A stretch of 64,000 nt of DNA from Pecten maximus (Eukaryota). Location of the stretch: assembly GCF_902652985.1 (NCBI RefSeq), contig NC_047022.1, forward strand, positions 18,724,001 to 18,788,000, in the 5' to 3' direction. The notes under the pieces are model-generated. The model searched no databases. It saw only the letters and a list, made by a program, of their open reading frames with translations, and was not told the DNA's origin. Below are positions 40,101 through 52,659 of this stretch, piece after piece. The stretch's first letter is position 1. Every line of letters starts with the position of its first letter. Both the position numbers and the translations under genes were made by a program.

Positions 40101-42431
40101 GGGGTATAAAAAAATTACAATAAAATAAAAAGTATTTCCGCCCTACCTACCCCTTTTTTTTGGGCGGAAACACAGCTTTTTTTCTTTTTAGCCTAACTAT
40201 CAATTAGATTACAAGATTATTCAATGAATTTCACATTTAAACCAATCAAATACTTACCTATACTAGTATCTCCGAATACACCAGACATAGCACAGTCTGG
40301 AGAACAAGGACATTTAGTTCTTCCTTTCATCTTTTTCCCAATGGCATGCTTGTCAATGACGTATCTTGATGATGGTGCCAATTTTCCAATCAAGTGATTT
40401 GCCAGCACAATGGAAAGATCTGCCTTATCATATTGTTCCAAATTCAGCAGAGCAGCTTGTGTTTCTGAAAATATGAAAGGTGTAAAAACACTAAGCTCTC
40501 AATCAATACACACAATAATTATATATAACTACTGAATTTATGTATCAATTTCAAATTAGAGTGAGTATGACATTGCCAGGAAATAATAAACGGATTATCT
40601 CAAAAGTTGACACAAGAGATTTCTACACCACAAAAACTTCAAAACATAATTTTTACTCAAGTTTCAATGAAACTTGCAACTTTAATTCTTGCAATGATAG
40701 ATTATGATAAATTGAACATTACAGAGCCTTACCATGGAAATAAAATGTTACAAGACATTATTGTGGTTTTTCTATTAATTGTGTCGTTTTCCTGTTGTAA
40801 CACAGCACAACATGCCTTCTGACTACAAATAATAAGTATCACTGCTCACGATAACTCTTACAAGCTGTACTCAAATGTACACTTGTACAATTTTTTTTTT
40901 AGGTCTGACATTAGATTGGAAACCTTTTTCCATGGGAAATAGCATTATATTAGTGTTTCATATCCTATTGAATTCTAATTCATTTCTAACATATTCTTGT
41001 TTACATGATAAAATTTTATTCATTTAACAACAAACATGAAAAAATCACTAAACATTTCACATTTGCTAGCCCAGATAACGGTCTCGGTTTTTGGGATTCT
41101 GAGTAACATACATATAAAATAATGTATGACATCAGTAAACAACCAAAACACTTTAAATTAAGTATTCATATTATACGTTCTCAAATCTTATATAATTATA
41201 AAAAATCAGGATAATCGATGTATATATATGTATTCTCAGAATCCAAAAACCGAGCTCCTGTGGCCCACTTTTTCTAGACAGAAGCCTGCGAGGCACTGAT
41301 CGGAAACAGAAGCATAAATGTAGGCCTAATTGTGCATTCTAAAATTGGATGTGAAATGAAATTAGACAGAATATATTTAACCGATTTTAATGGCATAATG
41401 AATGGTAAGTTCATTTTTGCAATGATTAATTTTGGTTTGAACAGTTCATATTTTTGTGAGATTTTTTAGAATCTTAAATTCCTCTTTTTTGTAAGTGGTA
41501 AAAAAACAAGAAATTATTTAAAGAAAAATAACAAGACGATATACATGTGGCATGTTTCAATTTTAAATAGTGTACATAGTCATAGTGATATGGTCGCCTT
41601 CTAGCTTCGCGCTAGAGGGAATTTTCCTTTAGCTCAGTCGGTAGAGCAGCGGACCAGTAAGCCGAGGATGGCTGGTTCGATCGAGTGAAGGCGCACACTA
41701 TACTCTTTCCTAGTGTGGCAGGTATTAATTGTAAAGTGTACATAGTGATATGGTCGCCTTCTACCTTCGCGCTAGAGGGCATTAGCCATTTCCCTTTAGA
41801 TCAGTCAGACCAGTAAGCCGAGGGTCGCTGTTACGATCCCCGGTGGAGGCCCACTACTCTCTTTCCTCAAATTCCTGTTAGATACAAAATGCAAATGCAC
41901 TCCTAGTCCTAGCAGCGATAACGTAGCTCTGTACGACGGACGGACAATTTCTGACAGATGGTCGTCGTCGTAACGACATTACCGGAGAGCAATGTAGGCA
42001 GGGTATGAATATTCGTTGTATCCTACATATGTAGTCCTACATGTACAAGTGTACTTACCTTCGTCAACAAGGTAGTGCAACAATTTACTGAGGAGGAATC
42101 TTTCAGGAATGCTTTCAGGAAGTTCCCCTTCTTCCAAAAACTTTGACATCATGCTAAGACCAGTCACGAAAACAGACCCAAACATTTTCTTTTTTACCGG
42201 TTTCACACAACAGTATGCATCAGAAAATGAAACGCCGCCATTCGCATCAGCTGCGTTGCAGTTAAAAAATCGAAGTGAATTCAAATCAGGACCCCGATAA
42301 ATATCACACAGATCATGTAAATGTAATGCAATCTGCTTCTTTATGTTTCCCGGGAAGTCTCTAAATATCGGGTCAAGATTATCTGTACAATGTTTCTTGG
42401 CTGGTACAGTAGCATCTTGGTAGGCCGACAT
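34152..42431 (-). CDS. Uncharacterised ~403-aa protein with a probable restriction-endonuclease (PD-(D/E)XK)-like C-terminal domain
   Basis: Exons 42431-42059, 40464-40258, 34783-34152, joined by phase-1 introns with gtaagt donors, open throughout (alternative ATG 42536). Contains KCPCSPDC...FGDTSIG|NEEVWHGQLNII...QLIAQTVVFSFLQ...LLPCFGVAGTGIVIYFYDSEHDVLL. The gene model is well supported; the fold call is inference. Confidence 0.85.
34851..35150 (+). mobile_element. tRNA-derived CORE-type SINE
   Basis: A-box gatagctcagtcagttagagc, B-box ggttcgaagc, CORE-like ttgggcaagatacttta, (caaa)n tail. Confidence 0.8.
35401..37120 (-). mobile_element. 5'-truncated L1/Tx1-clade LINE with poly(A) tail and target-site duplication
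   Basis: ORF 36797-36144 encodes zf-RVT-like FHYKLVHRILYTN...CTFC...ETILHLFWEC; T12 tract at 35401; GGTAATAGAC(TT) at both 35391 and 37121. Confidence 0.9.
37571..38800 (+). repeat. ~348-bp tandem duplication followed by an 18-bp minisatellite (gatgacagacaacagayg)
   Basis: 37571-37918 recurs from 37919; the array at ~38120-38780 ends at gatggcatagaagctcac, a HINE-like 3' end. Confidence 0.85.
39130..39377 (+). repeat. ~21-22-bp minisatellite (catcaaaatactgataaatata)
   Basis: About 11 imperfect copies. Confidence 0.85.
39590..40112 (+). mobile_element. HINE/Helentron-type element with ~160-bp internal repeats, nested in a small TIR element (~39539-40196)
   Basis: Three tgcatagccggacaa units, (ggac)n, and the 3' hairpin tatacccccc...gaggggtata followed by an A-run; flanks ttaggcctaagaaatagc and gctttttttcttttta-gcctaa. 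Confidence 0.7.
41082..41255. mobile_element. Small MITE
   Basis: ctcggtttttgggattctgag ... ctcagaatccaaaaaccgag inverted repeat. Confidence 0.6.
41570..41870 (+). mobile_element. Two tandem tRNA-derived SINE heads
   Basis: catagtgatatggtcgccttcta... occurs twice; tagctcagtcggtagagc A-box and ggttcgatc B-box; no intact cloverleaf. Confidence 0.65.
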
Positions 42432-42473
42432 GTTTATCTTCACAGTGGCGCATGCGTTATCACCGGAAATGGG

Positions 42474-42492
42474 GAAATCGAAAGTGAAAGTA
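42474..42492. promoter_or_regulatory. IRF-binding/ISRE-like element, next to ETS-like (ccggaaat 42463) and NRF1-like (gcgcatgcg 42448) sites
   Basis: GAAATCGAAAGTGAAAGTA, three GAAA cores at 6-bp spacing, 43-61 bp upstream of ATG 42431 of the minus-strand gene. Confidence 0.7.
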
Positions 42493-42667
42493 GATCGGGA
42501 TAACAAGCATATGGGATCAGAAGCACATGGCACCATTGCAGACGGAATAAGTGTTTGACTCTTTCATTGACATAAAAACATACAACACTCAATATCAACT
42601 CAATATAAGGTAAACGGGATAAGAGAAAATAATCACTCAACCCAAGGGAATGAGATAGGGGGAGGTA

Positions 42668-45551
42668 CAGTTGGGAGCAAACTAAACTTGGTACCAAGTG
42701 CACTTCGTAGTGCACACGTAGTGAACAACGTAGTGCACTAGACTAAACATCGTAGTGCACTTGAGTTCACTACCATGTTAACTCCAGTGCACTACAATGT
42801 TAACTCCAGTGCACTACGATGTTAACTCCAGTGCACTACAATGTTAACCCAAGTGCACTATGATGTGCACTTCAGTTCTTGGGTAAATGTTGCTATGAGC
42901 TATATGATTTGATGTGTTGTATACAATTGTATTATGTGTGCAAGTCAAGTTTTGAAGGTATAGCTACCCATGTTCGTGTATGTAGCACAATTAAACCTTC
43001 GGACTCCGTACTAATTTAGACTTGCTGACAGAGAGATTTCTTATTTAGACTTAAATATAATATATTTTGTCAAAATGTCAGTCTTAACGTATAATGGCCA
43101 GAGGAATTCAATCCATGCCAGATGCAGGAAATGTGTGTTTTTAATAATATTTAAGTTCCATCTTCAGACATTCTAGTGGTTTGATTTTATATTTATTTCA
43201 TGTTTGTAAATGATGTATTAAGGAAACCTGACTACAGGTACATTCATCTTGTCAATTATTAACTTACATATTATGAGAGGATACCTATAGATAGGTAAGG
43301 TTTCGGTATAATGCCTGCTATAAATGGACCCCCTTGGAGTTAATTGGGGAAACCGGCCTGATCAGGTGTGACCCACACCACACAAGGTAATTAATATGTA
43401 ACAAGTATGAATGACAGTGGTCTAGGGGCCCCAAGGGCACTGGACAGGTATCAGTCTCTTGCAGTTAAGATTTTATTAGGATTTAGTGGCACTATATAAT
43501 TCATTGTGTGTGAAAATATGTAGCTTCCCCTCAACTTATGTTAGTTATTTGTTTTATATTGAATAAGCAAACAAATTTATATATTTTCCTGAAAGCTTCA
43601 CATACAATGTTATAATTATAGCTACTGTATATTCATGATATATAGATGATTAATTGATTAGGGAGTATACCTATAATTATGTATACATATTAAGTAATCT
43701 CCATTGAAAGCCATTAATTACTTGTTTGCTATTAGATAAACAAACAAATTAATTTATTTTCCTGAAAGCTTCACATACAATGTTATAATTATAGTTATAT
43801 TCATGAAATATAAATTATTAATTAATTAAGGAGTACCTAATCAAATATATATAAGTAATCACCATTGAAAGCCATGTTTGTTATAAAATGAGAAATCATT
43901 TTAGATTTCATCCATATACTAATTAGCAATACTGCATTTTGATTGTCATTTAAATAATGAAACTGAAAATTCAGTGAAAACAAAAACAATTTTGTTCACT
44001 GCAGATACAAAATATGAAACAATTGACCAAGCACTGTTTACAATTGTATACTGTTCACAGAACTGTATTAAGTTGAGTTGCGTTACATAATTATGAAAAC
44101 AGTTCAAACTGATCAACAAGTTAATCTCCCTATGGCTTCTCGGTTGTACCTTGTTGTGCCCATCTCCCCGACCAAAAAAAAAGTCAAAGTGAATATTCCT
44201 ACTTTAAATGTAAGTATTAATAAATTTGCATTCTTATTGATCAATATACGACACCCAGCCGATAGGTCCTTGGAATAAATTGAACTTGAACTTGTTTACC
44301 GGGTAAGACATTCTGAACTGCGATACAGGTAAAGTATTTTCTGGGTCAGGTGAGACTACAGGTGTGAGAGTAGAACAATAGGGGATAATTACAGGTAAGG
44401 TCTAACCAACAGATCAATGTTCACACCTTGGTCTTGTATGGTCATACCTGAGTGACCACCAGGTAAATTCCATGTAAAAGTGGTCAGTCAAATGCAACAT
44501 TTTGTAATCGGTGGCCTTGTAATCAATCATTTCAGCAAAATAATAATGATAAGTAATTAACCTCCTTATAGACATTGGAAAAACATTTCATTTTTTTATA
44601 ATCTTTTAAATATAATAATGTTATAAGTAATGAAAAAAGTAATCAAATTATAAACATATTTGTTTTACCTATTATTTTTAAGATCTAGTCGATGCAGACA
44701 TTTGGTCTAGCATGACTGTAACTATATTTTTTGTCACTTGGATTTGACCCATACTCTAATACACACAGCTTGGTGACACTTATCAAAACGACAGGTAAAC
44801 TCGCAAGTTTTTGTTTGGATTTTAAAAACCTTTATAATATTATCTCGAAAGTCTTATTATAAAATTATATAAACTTGCAAACCAGTATTTTTATTTCTCA
44901 ATAATAATCAATAATCTTAACGGGGAAACTAATTTATACACTAATTAGGTACATACGATAAAAATTAGATAGGGGACTGATTATATATAATTACATGAGT
45001 GTTTAGGGGAGGTGTAAGCCATGCCTGACTAGTACAGTACCTGTACAGGTAAACCCTTAATTAAGCTTAATGCATGGATGTAATGGGTAGAATTAATGGT
45101 GGAATTAATGTAATATGATACCTGTATTTTGTCAGTTTTTGTGTATATTCTATTAACCAATACGTGACATGCATTATACTTATATACATGTAATAAACAT
45201 ATCTGAAATAAAAGTAAAATGTACACACCATCATGAACACACACAATATACATGGACTAGTCCCTGTATATATATTTATTAAATTTTGTTTAAATGAAAC
45301 ATTTATATGTTCAAGAGATTATGCATTGTATATCAAGTAGTTTGTATATATTGACTCTAGTGCACTACGATGTGAACTCAAGTGCACTACGATGTTCACT
45401 CCAGTGCACTACGATGTTAACTCCAGTGCACTACGATGTGAACTCAAGTGCACTATGATGTTAACTCAGGTGCACTACGATGTTAACTGGAGTTAACTTT
45501 TCTAGTGCACTGAAGTGCACTAGACTACCAAGTTTAGTTTGCTCCCAACTG
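42668..45551. mobile_element. 2.9-kb non-autonomous TIR DNA transposon with TA target duplication (Tc1/mariner-like ends)
   Basis: TA|CAGTTGGGAGCAAACTAAACTTGGTA ... TACCAAGTTTAGTTTGCTCCCAACTG|TA (26-bp perfect TIR); 22-bp subterminal repeats gtgcactacgatgttaactcca at both ends; no transposase ORF seen. Confidence 0.9.
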
Positions 45552-46051
45552 TACAAAAAAGTGTAATAAGATTCCTACTTGGCAAGCCTTGTGTTTGACA
45601 ACTTAAGAATCTTCTCCCTCGAGATCCCCCTGTTCACTCCCAATGGGATGAAAGCTTGTACTAGTGACACGGGAACACAGATAAATCGTTATATGAACCT
45701 TGCCTTTCAGTATATACAGTATATACAATGCATACACACGAATTGTCAATTATTGCAACCAACCTAACAAATACAGTATGTAAGTCTCTGTACATTTACG
45801 GATACTAGTATCACATTCGACATAAACTAATTTAATTTATAATGCAAACCTTTCCTGAAGGGAGTATGCTTATCTGCCAGTCTACATTCTTCCGCCAGAA
45901 TAAGAAAGTCCTAAAATATACCACTCTGTATTAATAAACGACTGTTAATTTTCCAATCTACAAAAATAGCCAACATCTTTTATTTGATATTAAGCTCAAA
46001 TCCTGCCATAACCATTAGCATGGAGGCATGGCTCGAGTAATTGACACACCT

Positions 46052-46118
46052 ATTATAATTTGGTGGGGAGTTTATGTGCCATAGGCTATGGCACATAAAC
46101 TCCCCACCAAATTATAAT
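46052..46118. repeat. Perfect 33-bp-arm palindrome with 1-nt spacer
   Basis: attataatttggtggggagtttatgtgccatag-g-ctatggcacataaactccccaccaaattataat. Confidence 0.95.
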
Positions 46119-46999
46119 GACAGAAAAAGAAAAGAAAAAAAAGATGATGAAGAAGAAGGAGCAAGGTGTCTTCATTGCACTAAAACCAGACCACACATTA
46201 GCGAAGAGATGAAGGAAATATGATCACCATACGACAAATGAGAAATTATGTGGGCCAAGATTGGCATCATTGAGAATAAAGTCATTTGCTCCTGCACAAT
46301 CCCCAAACTAACTTCAAATAAAATAAGTCAACCATATGGCTGTAAACAACAACCCCGCCTGACTATCGATAGAGATTGAAACTTTCCTGGTTGGCACTAA
46401 GAGACCAAATCTCTTAAATAAATGTCTTCGTGAAAGACTGATCACGATATTGGAGACCTTAATTCTTAAGTCTTTGACTGTTCAGCAGCAATCATCGTTT
46501 ATCATACAGTGAGACTAAAACCGAATGATACTCAAAACAGCAGTATCTATGTACATTCGTCCTTTTAAAACATGTCAGTGACACTAAGGGCCTAAAGTGT
46601 TGATACCTAGAAGGCAAACGAAGAAACTACACAAAAAAAAAAAAAAAAAAGATGGCGAGGTGCAAGCCACATAATTCAATACATTTAATAATTTTCAATA
46701 AAATCTTAAAAGAACTTCATGCTTACGCTCTGAACCATGCTTATTTGTTAGAGTTTAACAGCCCATCGACATGCTAGAGTCATTTATGGCCAAACAAATG
46801 GTATTATTATATTTTATTTGAGTTTAAAGTCAGAAAAAAAATATTCATTTTTAAAAGCATTCGTATTGTATATTCAGATCATTAAGATAAAAAAAGTGGG
46901 TTAGAATAGTAAAAAAAAAAAAAAACCCAAAAACTCAACCAAATAGATTATGTGAACTTTGTAATATCTAAACAACGTCAAAGAGAGTAAGGTAAAAGG

Positions 47000-47745
47000 A
47001 CACCAAAGTATATAGAATAGATCGATGTCTTTAAAATAGCTAAATAGAGTTTTTGAATCCACGGAAATGAAAAGAGTTATCACGAATGTGATTTAAATCG
47101 GAACATTCTATTGTAAAATGCTCCATTGTGGTTGAGTGTCACATCATTAACATATTGGTGGATCTTCTCGGTTTGAAAGGAACGTATGAGTAGGATATGT
47201 ATCCCTCTCTGCGTCTTTCCGACTAGGAATTGATGTTTTAAGTTTCGGTTGCACTTTCAAATGATTGCCTTTTTAATGCTGTGTTCATCGATATGCTCGA
47301 GGGCCAAACAGAGTCCTTTTCTTCAACATCTTTTAAGCCATCAGTGTAGGTTATGATCAGAAAAAAACTGCAATCTACTCCAGAAAGGAGGATTTGTGTT
47401 CTTCGGGTAAACCACTCGTTAATATCGGGTGTTTCAACAAGCCACGGTGGCACATTAGATACGGTGTACTCGGCTATATTGTCTAAACTTATGTTAAGTT
47501 CCTGTAGAAAGTTTGAGATTTTTCTGCCAATATTTGTAAGAGTGTTTGGTGTTGAGTGAATATGTTTTGGTATTGCGGAATGATAACCAGATTGAAAGCC
47601 GGGATTTTTGGTTTTGACTTCAATTGAGCAGCGTACTGTAGAGCTAGTTTTTCCTTCGGTCATTTAATGATGACTCATTTGCCTCTACATAAAGGCTCTG
47701 CACTGGTGTTGTTCGAAAAGCACCAAATGCTAGGCGTACAAATGT
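47000..47745 (-). mobile_element. Degenerate RNase H-containing LINE fragment (I/Nimb group)
   Basis: RLAFGAFRTTPVQSLYVEANE, VPPWL and YTDG motifs spread across broken frames. Confidence 0.7.
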
Positions 47746-48044
47746 AGTCCTTGGTTTTGGATAAGACCAAACATCTGCATGTAGGAATTGCGTGTCGATT
47801 CCATACATAGCGCACCGTGCAACTATTCCAGTCAATGAAATAGTGTTATGTTCTCTCTCATTACATTCATCCGAACATAAAATAATTAAATTCAAATGAA
47901 TAACAAACCATAATGGGATTACAGCTCGTTGCTCATTTATTCACATAAAACAACAATGCCAACACCCTCTTACACAGAACAAACACAATCTTATAACCCT
48001 GCTAACCAGATTCCCCTGTGTTTCTTTGCCAGTCCTCCCGACGG

Positions 48045-48975
48045 CGATTAAAAGGCTATATTGTTGCTTCGTTGATTTTAAACGTGCTTTTGACTACATA
48101 GATATATATAAGTTATGGTGTAAGTTATCTCAACTTGTTTTCAGAAGAAAATTACTTAAAACAATAAAATCAATGTACATGTATAGTCAGGTGAAATCAT
48201 GTGTCACCTTAATGGGAGATGTACTGATGTTTTTGTTAATAACATGGGCCTAGCCCAAGGCGAAATTATGTCGCCAATTATGTTTTCCTTATGCGTAAAG
48301 GATTTTGAAAATTATTTTATCGAATCTGAAGCGAAAGATTACCAGTTTGGAGAGTTAAGACTTTTTCTAATGATGTATGCTGATGATTTGGTCTAGCTTG
48401 CTGAATCTGCGAGTGACTTATATGTTGGATAAACTTGGAAACTATTCCCAAACATGGAGCATAACTGTAAATGTAGAAAAAACAAAAGAGTTGTTTTTAG
48501 AAAAAGTGGCAAATTACATAAAGATGATAAGTGGTTTTATAATGGTGAGCAGCTCCAAGTCGTAAACCAGTTTACATATTTGGGAGTTGTTTTCAGATTC
48601 CACAGTAAGTTTAATCCACTACAAAAACAGCTATCTGATCAAGGGTGAATAGCTGTATTTGCACTGTTTTCAAAATGTAATTCTATGCAATTGAACTATG
48701 TTACACCTGTTTGATCCATATTTGAAATGTATTCTATGCTATGCATCTGAAGTATGGGATGCCTGCAATGCTAATGCCATTGAACAGATACAACTTGAAT
48801 TTTGTAAAAGGATATTACATGTTAAAAAATCAACATGCACTATTTATTTTGAACTGGGTAGATTTCCAATTGTATATACCCAGCAATATAATTTGATTAA
48901 GTATTGGGTTAAGCTATCAAACACCAAGAACTGTATTCTCAAAGCTGCATACGAGGAACTAATGCGTGCTGTTCT
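48045..48975 (+). mobile_element. Frameshifted LINE reverse transcriptase fragment (RTE-X/CR1-like)
   Basis: CFVDFKRAFD, GLAQGEIMSP, MYADD, VNVEKTK, FTYLGV and YFELGRFP in successive frames. Confidence 0.85.
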
Positions 48976-50597
48976 TATCACTCGATTTCTTAGCTGGGCA
49001 GCTATAACTTACAATAAACCTTACTAGTGGAATGTACGAGAGGCATTGTAAGGGTGAAGATATAGTACCTTAATATACAATATACACATTGTATGAATAC
49101 TAGGAAACAAAATTGCAAAATATATGTGAATAAGTCTGAATATAGAATATTAATTAACATAATTGCATAATATCTGTTTTGTCAATCTATGACTCATTAG
49201 CGATGCTAGGGATGGATACTATATATTGGTTTAGTAGGTTTTAAAGACCTTTAGTACACTCCTCGGTTGTCACCACCCTAGTTCACATTTGGAGGATGTG
49301 GCTTAATTCGGATCTGACCTAAGTTTGCATGACGGATGTCCTTCTTGAAATCCTGGTTTCAATGTTTGATTGATTTTGAGTTATAATTATGGTTTCGTTG
49401 GTATCTCATGTTTTATTCTTAAAACTTTTTCATTCCTCCGGCATTAACACATTCTTTACTAGTTATTTCACCAATATATATAGATAACAACTCCATCACT
49501 AACAATGCCTTGTAGCGTTGACTATAAACAGGAATCACTCTAGGGTAAGGCTTAAGGATCTTCACCCATGTTTTGTGCTGGATATATCATTCATTGAAAT
49601 TCTCATAATGTGCTTTACTATAAAAGAAAATCCCATTCACTTTCTTCAACAAATACCAACAGATGCTTTTAGATTCAATATACTCCATCAAGGTTCAGTG
49701 ATATTTTACAATTTACCTCAATATCTGCGGTTGAACTATGTTACCTAAAAACAGGCTTCTTGCTATGTTCTCACAGGGTCTAATAAGAGCAATTTTGATG
49801 ATTGAAATGCCTCCCTATATGCCATATTTGTTTGATATTATTCACAAACGTCATTTGCATTTATGCTTTCATAAAGTCAAAGCCGGTCAAAAAATGTTCC
49901 CACTACCTGCTGTATACACTTGTGAGCTTTACGACATGGCTATTTTGTGCAATATACGTGATCCACATTAACATAATCCTGTAGTTTACACATGTTTTGC
50001 CGAAATTTACAGGCAGCTTAACAAATGACATGTCAACAGCAAGACTCATGGTTAGTCATAATACAATAGACTCAGTTACGTCTGTTTAATTGGACCAGAA
50101 TAGTGATTTATAGGCTTGTGAAATATCACTGGATTTTCTATTTACACGAACCTTAAATTTGAAACCTTAATTTTGTGTGTATAAATATATTTATATGAGA
50201 AATTGTGCCTGAGATTTGTACAAATGTGAACAAGTAAACTAATAGGTGGTAGCAATCATATACTTGCTGGTAGTTAAAACATCGCAACTTGTTTGGTCTC
50301 ATATAGTATATATATGTTATACGCTTATTAGAATATGATACCATCTCGAAAAATATGAAAGGAATATAGAATTCTCTGACATTCATTTTTTATCTGATAA
50401 ACCGCAATCATCGAGTAGTATTAGCCTCTTCGTTTTACAATCTTTTGAACTGGGGAAAGTGAATTTGCGACGCTCAATATGATACATGTATACATTTATT
50501 GTATGTGTTTATTTGTTTGTACGTTGTAATATGTAAAGTATTTCCAATTTTGAACCATAGTAATAGATACACTGCTAATTTTACATAACTATTCTCC

Positions 50598-50622
50598 GAA
50601 AATGAAATCGAAAGTGAAAGTA
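50598..50622. promoter_or_regulatory. IRF-binding/ISRE-like element upstream of the DED gene
   Basis: GAAAATGAAATCGAAAGTGAAAGTA, four GAAA cores at 6-bp spacing, ~420 bp upstream of a consensus AAG|GTGAGT donor (51044) that probably ends a non-coding first exon. Confidence 0.65.
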
Positions 50623-52659
50623 AACATCTATCTCTATCAACCAAAATTAGATAGCTCTACCACAACTCTACTATTCCTCATTTCAGGACAAGGCGTGCAA
50701 TGTGATCTTGAGTAGATTTAGATGTCGACTCGTTTTTCAAAAAAAATAAAAATCAGACTAAGGAAAACACAATGTATACGTACTTCCTGCAGATACATGT
50801 ATATGAGCATGCGTACAACAAACATTCCACATTCCAAGGCGCGATATTAATTCCGGTTATAAATTGAAGCGATTGCAAATACCAATTTATGATATATATA
50901 CATATATATATATAAGTACGGTTATATATATATGTATATATATCCTAAATTTGTCTTTGGAATGAATTTTATTTGGGGGGAAAGAAAATTATATTCAAGA
51001 CGTCAAGCTTAGCGAAGTGTTTTAAACGTATCTGGATAACAAGGTGAGTAAACTGAACATGCTGGCGTGATCAGTAACGTAGTTCAGTATTAAGTATTTA
51101 TTTTTTCTCTATGAAACGTGAATATACGTAAAAGGAATATAAGCAGAAGAGAACCATGTTAACATGTTTTGAATTTACGTATTGTATTAAGATATCTTCT
51201 ATAAAAAATACCATTGAACCACGACGGCCTCGCCAGTGTTACACAATCACTGTGTGAATCATGGTAGAAAATATCTCAAAACAAAGGGTTTTTGTTTGGT
51301 TGAAATATCAACATGGTTCTACCGCCCTATTTGAATATATGTATTGTTACCAGCGAAGTTTAAAGAATTAAGAAATATTCAGTGAAAATACAAAACAAAA
51401 GCTATTTTCAGATTAAAAAAAATAACACTTTAACAGCCAAACATAAAATCAACACGGAATAGAAATGACTGTATGCAATTGACCAATCAGAAACGTGGAT
51501 ACAAAAGCAAACTGATCTTATCTGTAGTGAGAATTTTTAAACACACTCGTGACATATAGATGTTTATAAAGAACACGACCCTTTGGGGCAGAGGGTTAGT
51601 GGGTTAGTACAATCCAGCTCAAGGAATTGTCTGTTAATTTGGATGAATTAATCAACATATTTGCTATTTTACTACTCGTATAGCCTTAGGATAATATTCA
51701 AGATTTTGCTATAAAACATTGAATGCATACATGTGGTAACGAAGTAAAGGTCAATACAGAAATCGTATTAAAATACATGTGTCATCAAGATTCTTTATCC
51801 CATAAAGACGCGATTTTTGTGCAAATGCACGTAACTTCACTTGCATTCAATTTAGATATGATTTAGAGTGAATATTGCTATGATAATGCCAATCTATCAT
51901 GAGAGAAAAATGTCGATTTCTTTAACCCCATCATTTAATTTTTTTTATACAATACATGTATAAACTGTCAGTTATATATCCAGAATACCATACCCTAACC
52001 ATATTTCTACTGTGTGATTGTAGTCCTCAAAATATGTATCTGAAATGCTTAACATGTCGAAAAGACGTAGGAAGAGTGCCAATTTGGGCTATTCCGTGGT
52101 CCCTCATGCAGTCATCATCATCATCTCTTTTATTCCTCAAATTAAAGATATATATAAAAGATTACAATAATATCTGAAAAAAATAATAGTGTTTGGCATT
52201 TTCTGCTTAAGAAATTGATTTATCAAGTATTTTAAAAGTTCAGTTGACAAAATGTCAAAAACTGAAAAGGGAGTCACCGTGACCTAGTTTTAGGTATCTT
52301 TTGATATCAAATGTTTTAGAAAAAATGACCGGAAATTTGCATTTTGAAAATAACTTTGTGTGTACAACAGGGGAATATTGAAACCCTGATCCTTCTTTAG
52401 CAGAAATTGTTTAAAATATCCTCTATACTTTAACATTGAATGTGTATGATTTTTAACAATAGCATTTTCAAATTTAATACCTCCCCCACAATGTTAACAT
52501 ACCATGTGTAGCTGACCTTTAAATATCATTGAGTGGCACCCCTTTTTATAATCCTAAATCTTATTTTTTTGCATGATTAAGATAAACAAGCCCGCTGAAC
52601 CGAAATATAGTCACCATAAATATCAACTCGTTGAACTTATATTTTGAGACTCTATTATT

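Noticed and set aside
41625-41695. Possible tRNA-Thr(AGT) gene (also tRNA-like heads at 34851 and ~11670)
   Set aside because: A and B boxes are present but acceptor and T stems do not pair; the context indicates SINE heads.
46160-46560. Possible LINE endonuclease remnant
   Set aside because: Only faint fragments (GVFIAL, EIMWAKI); too degraded to call.
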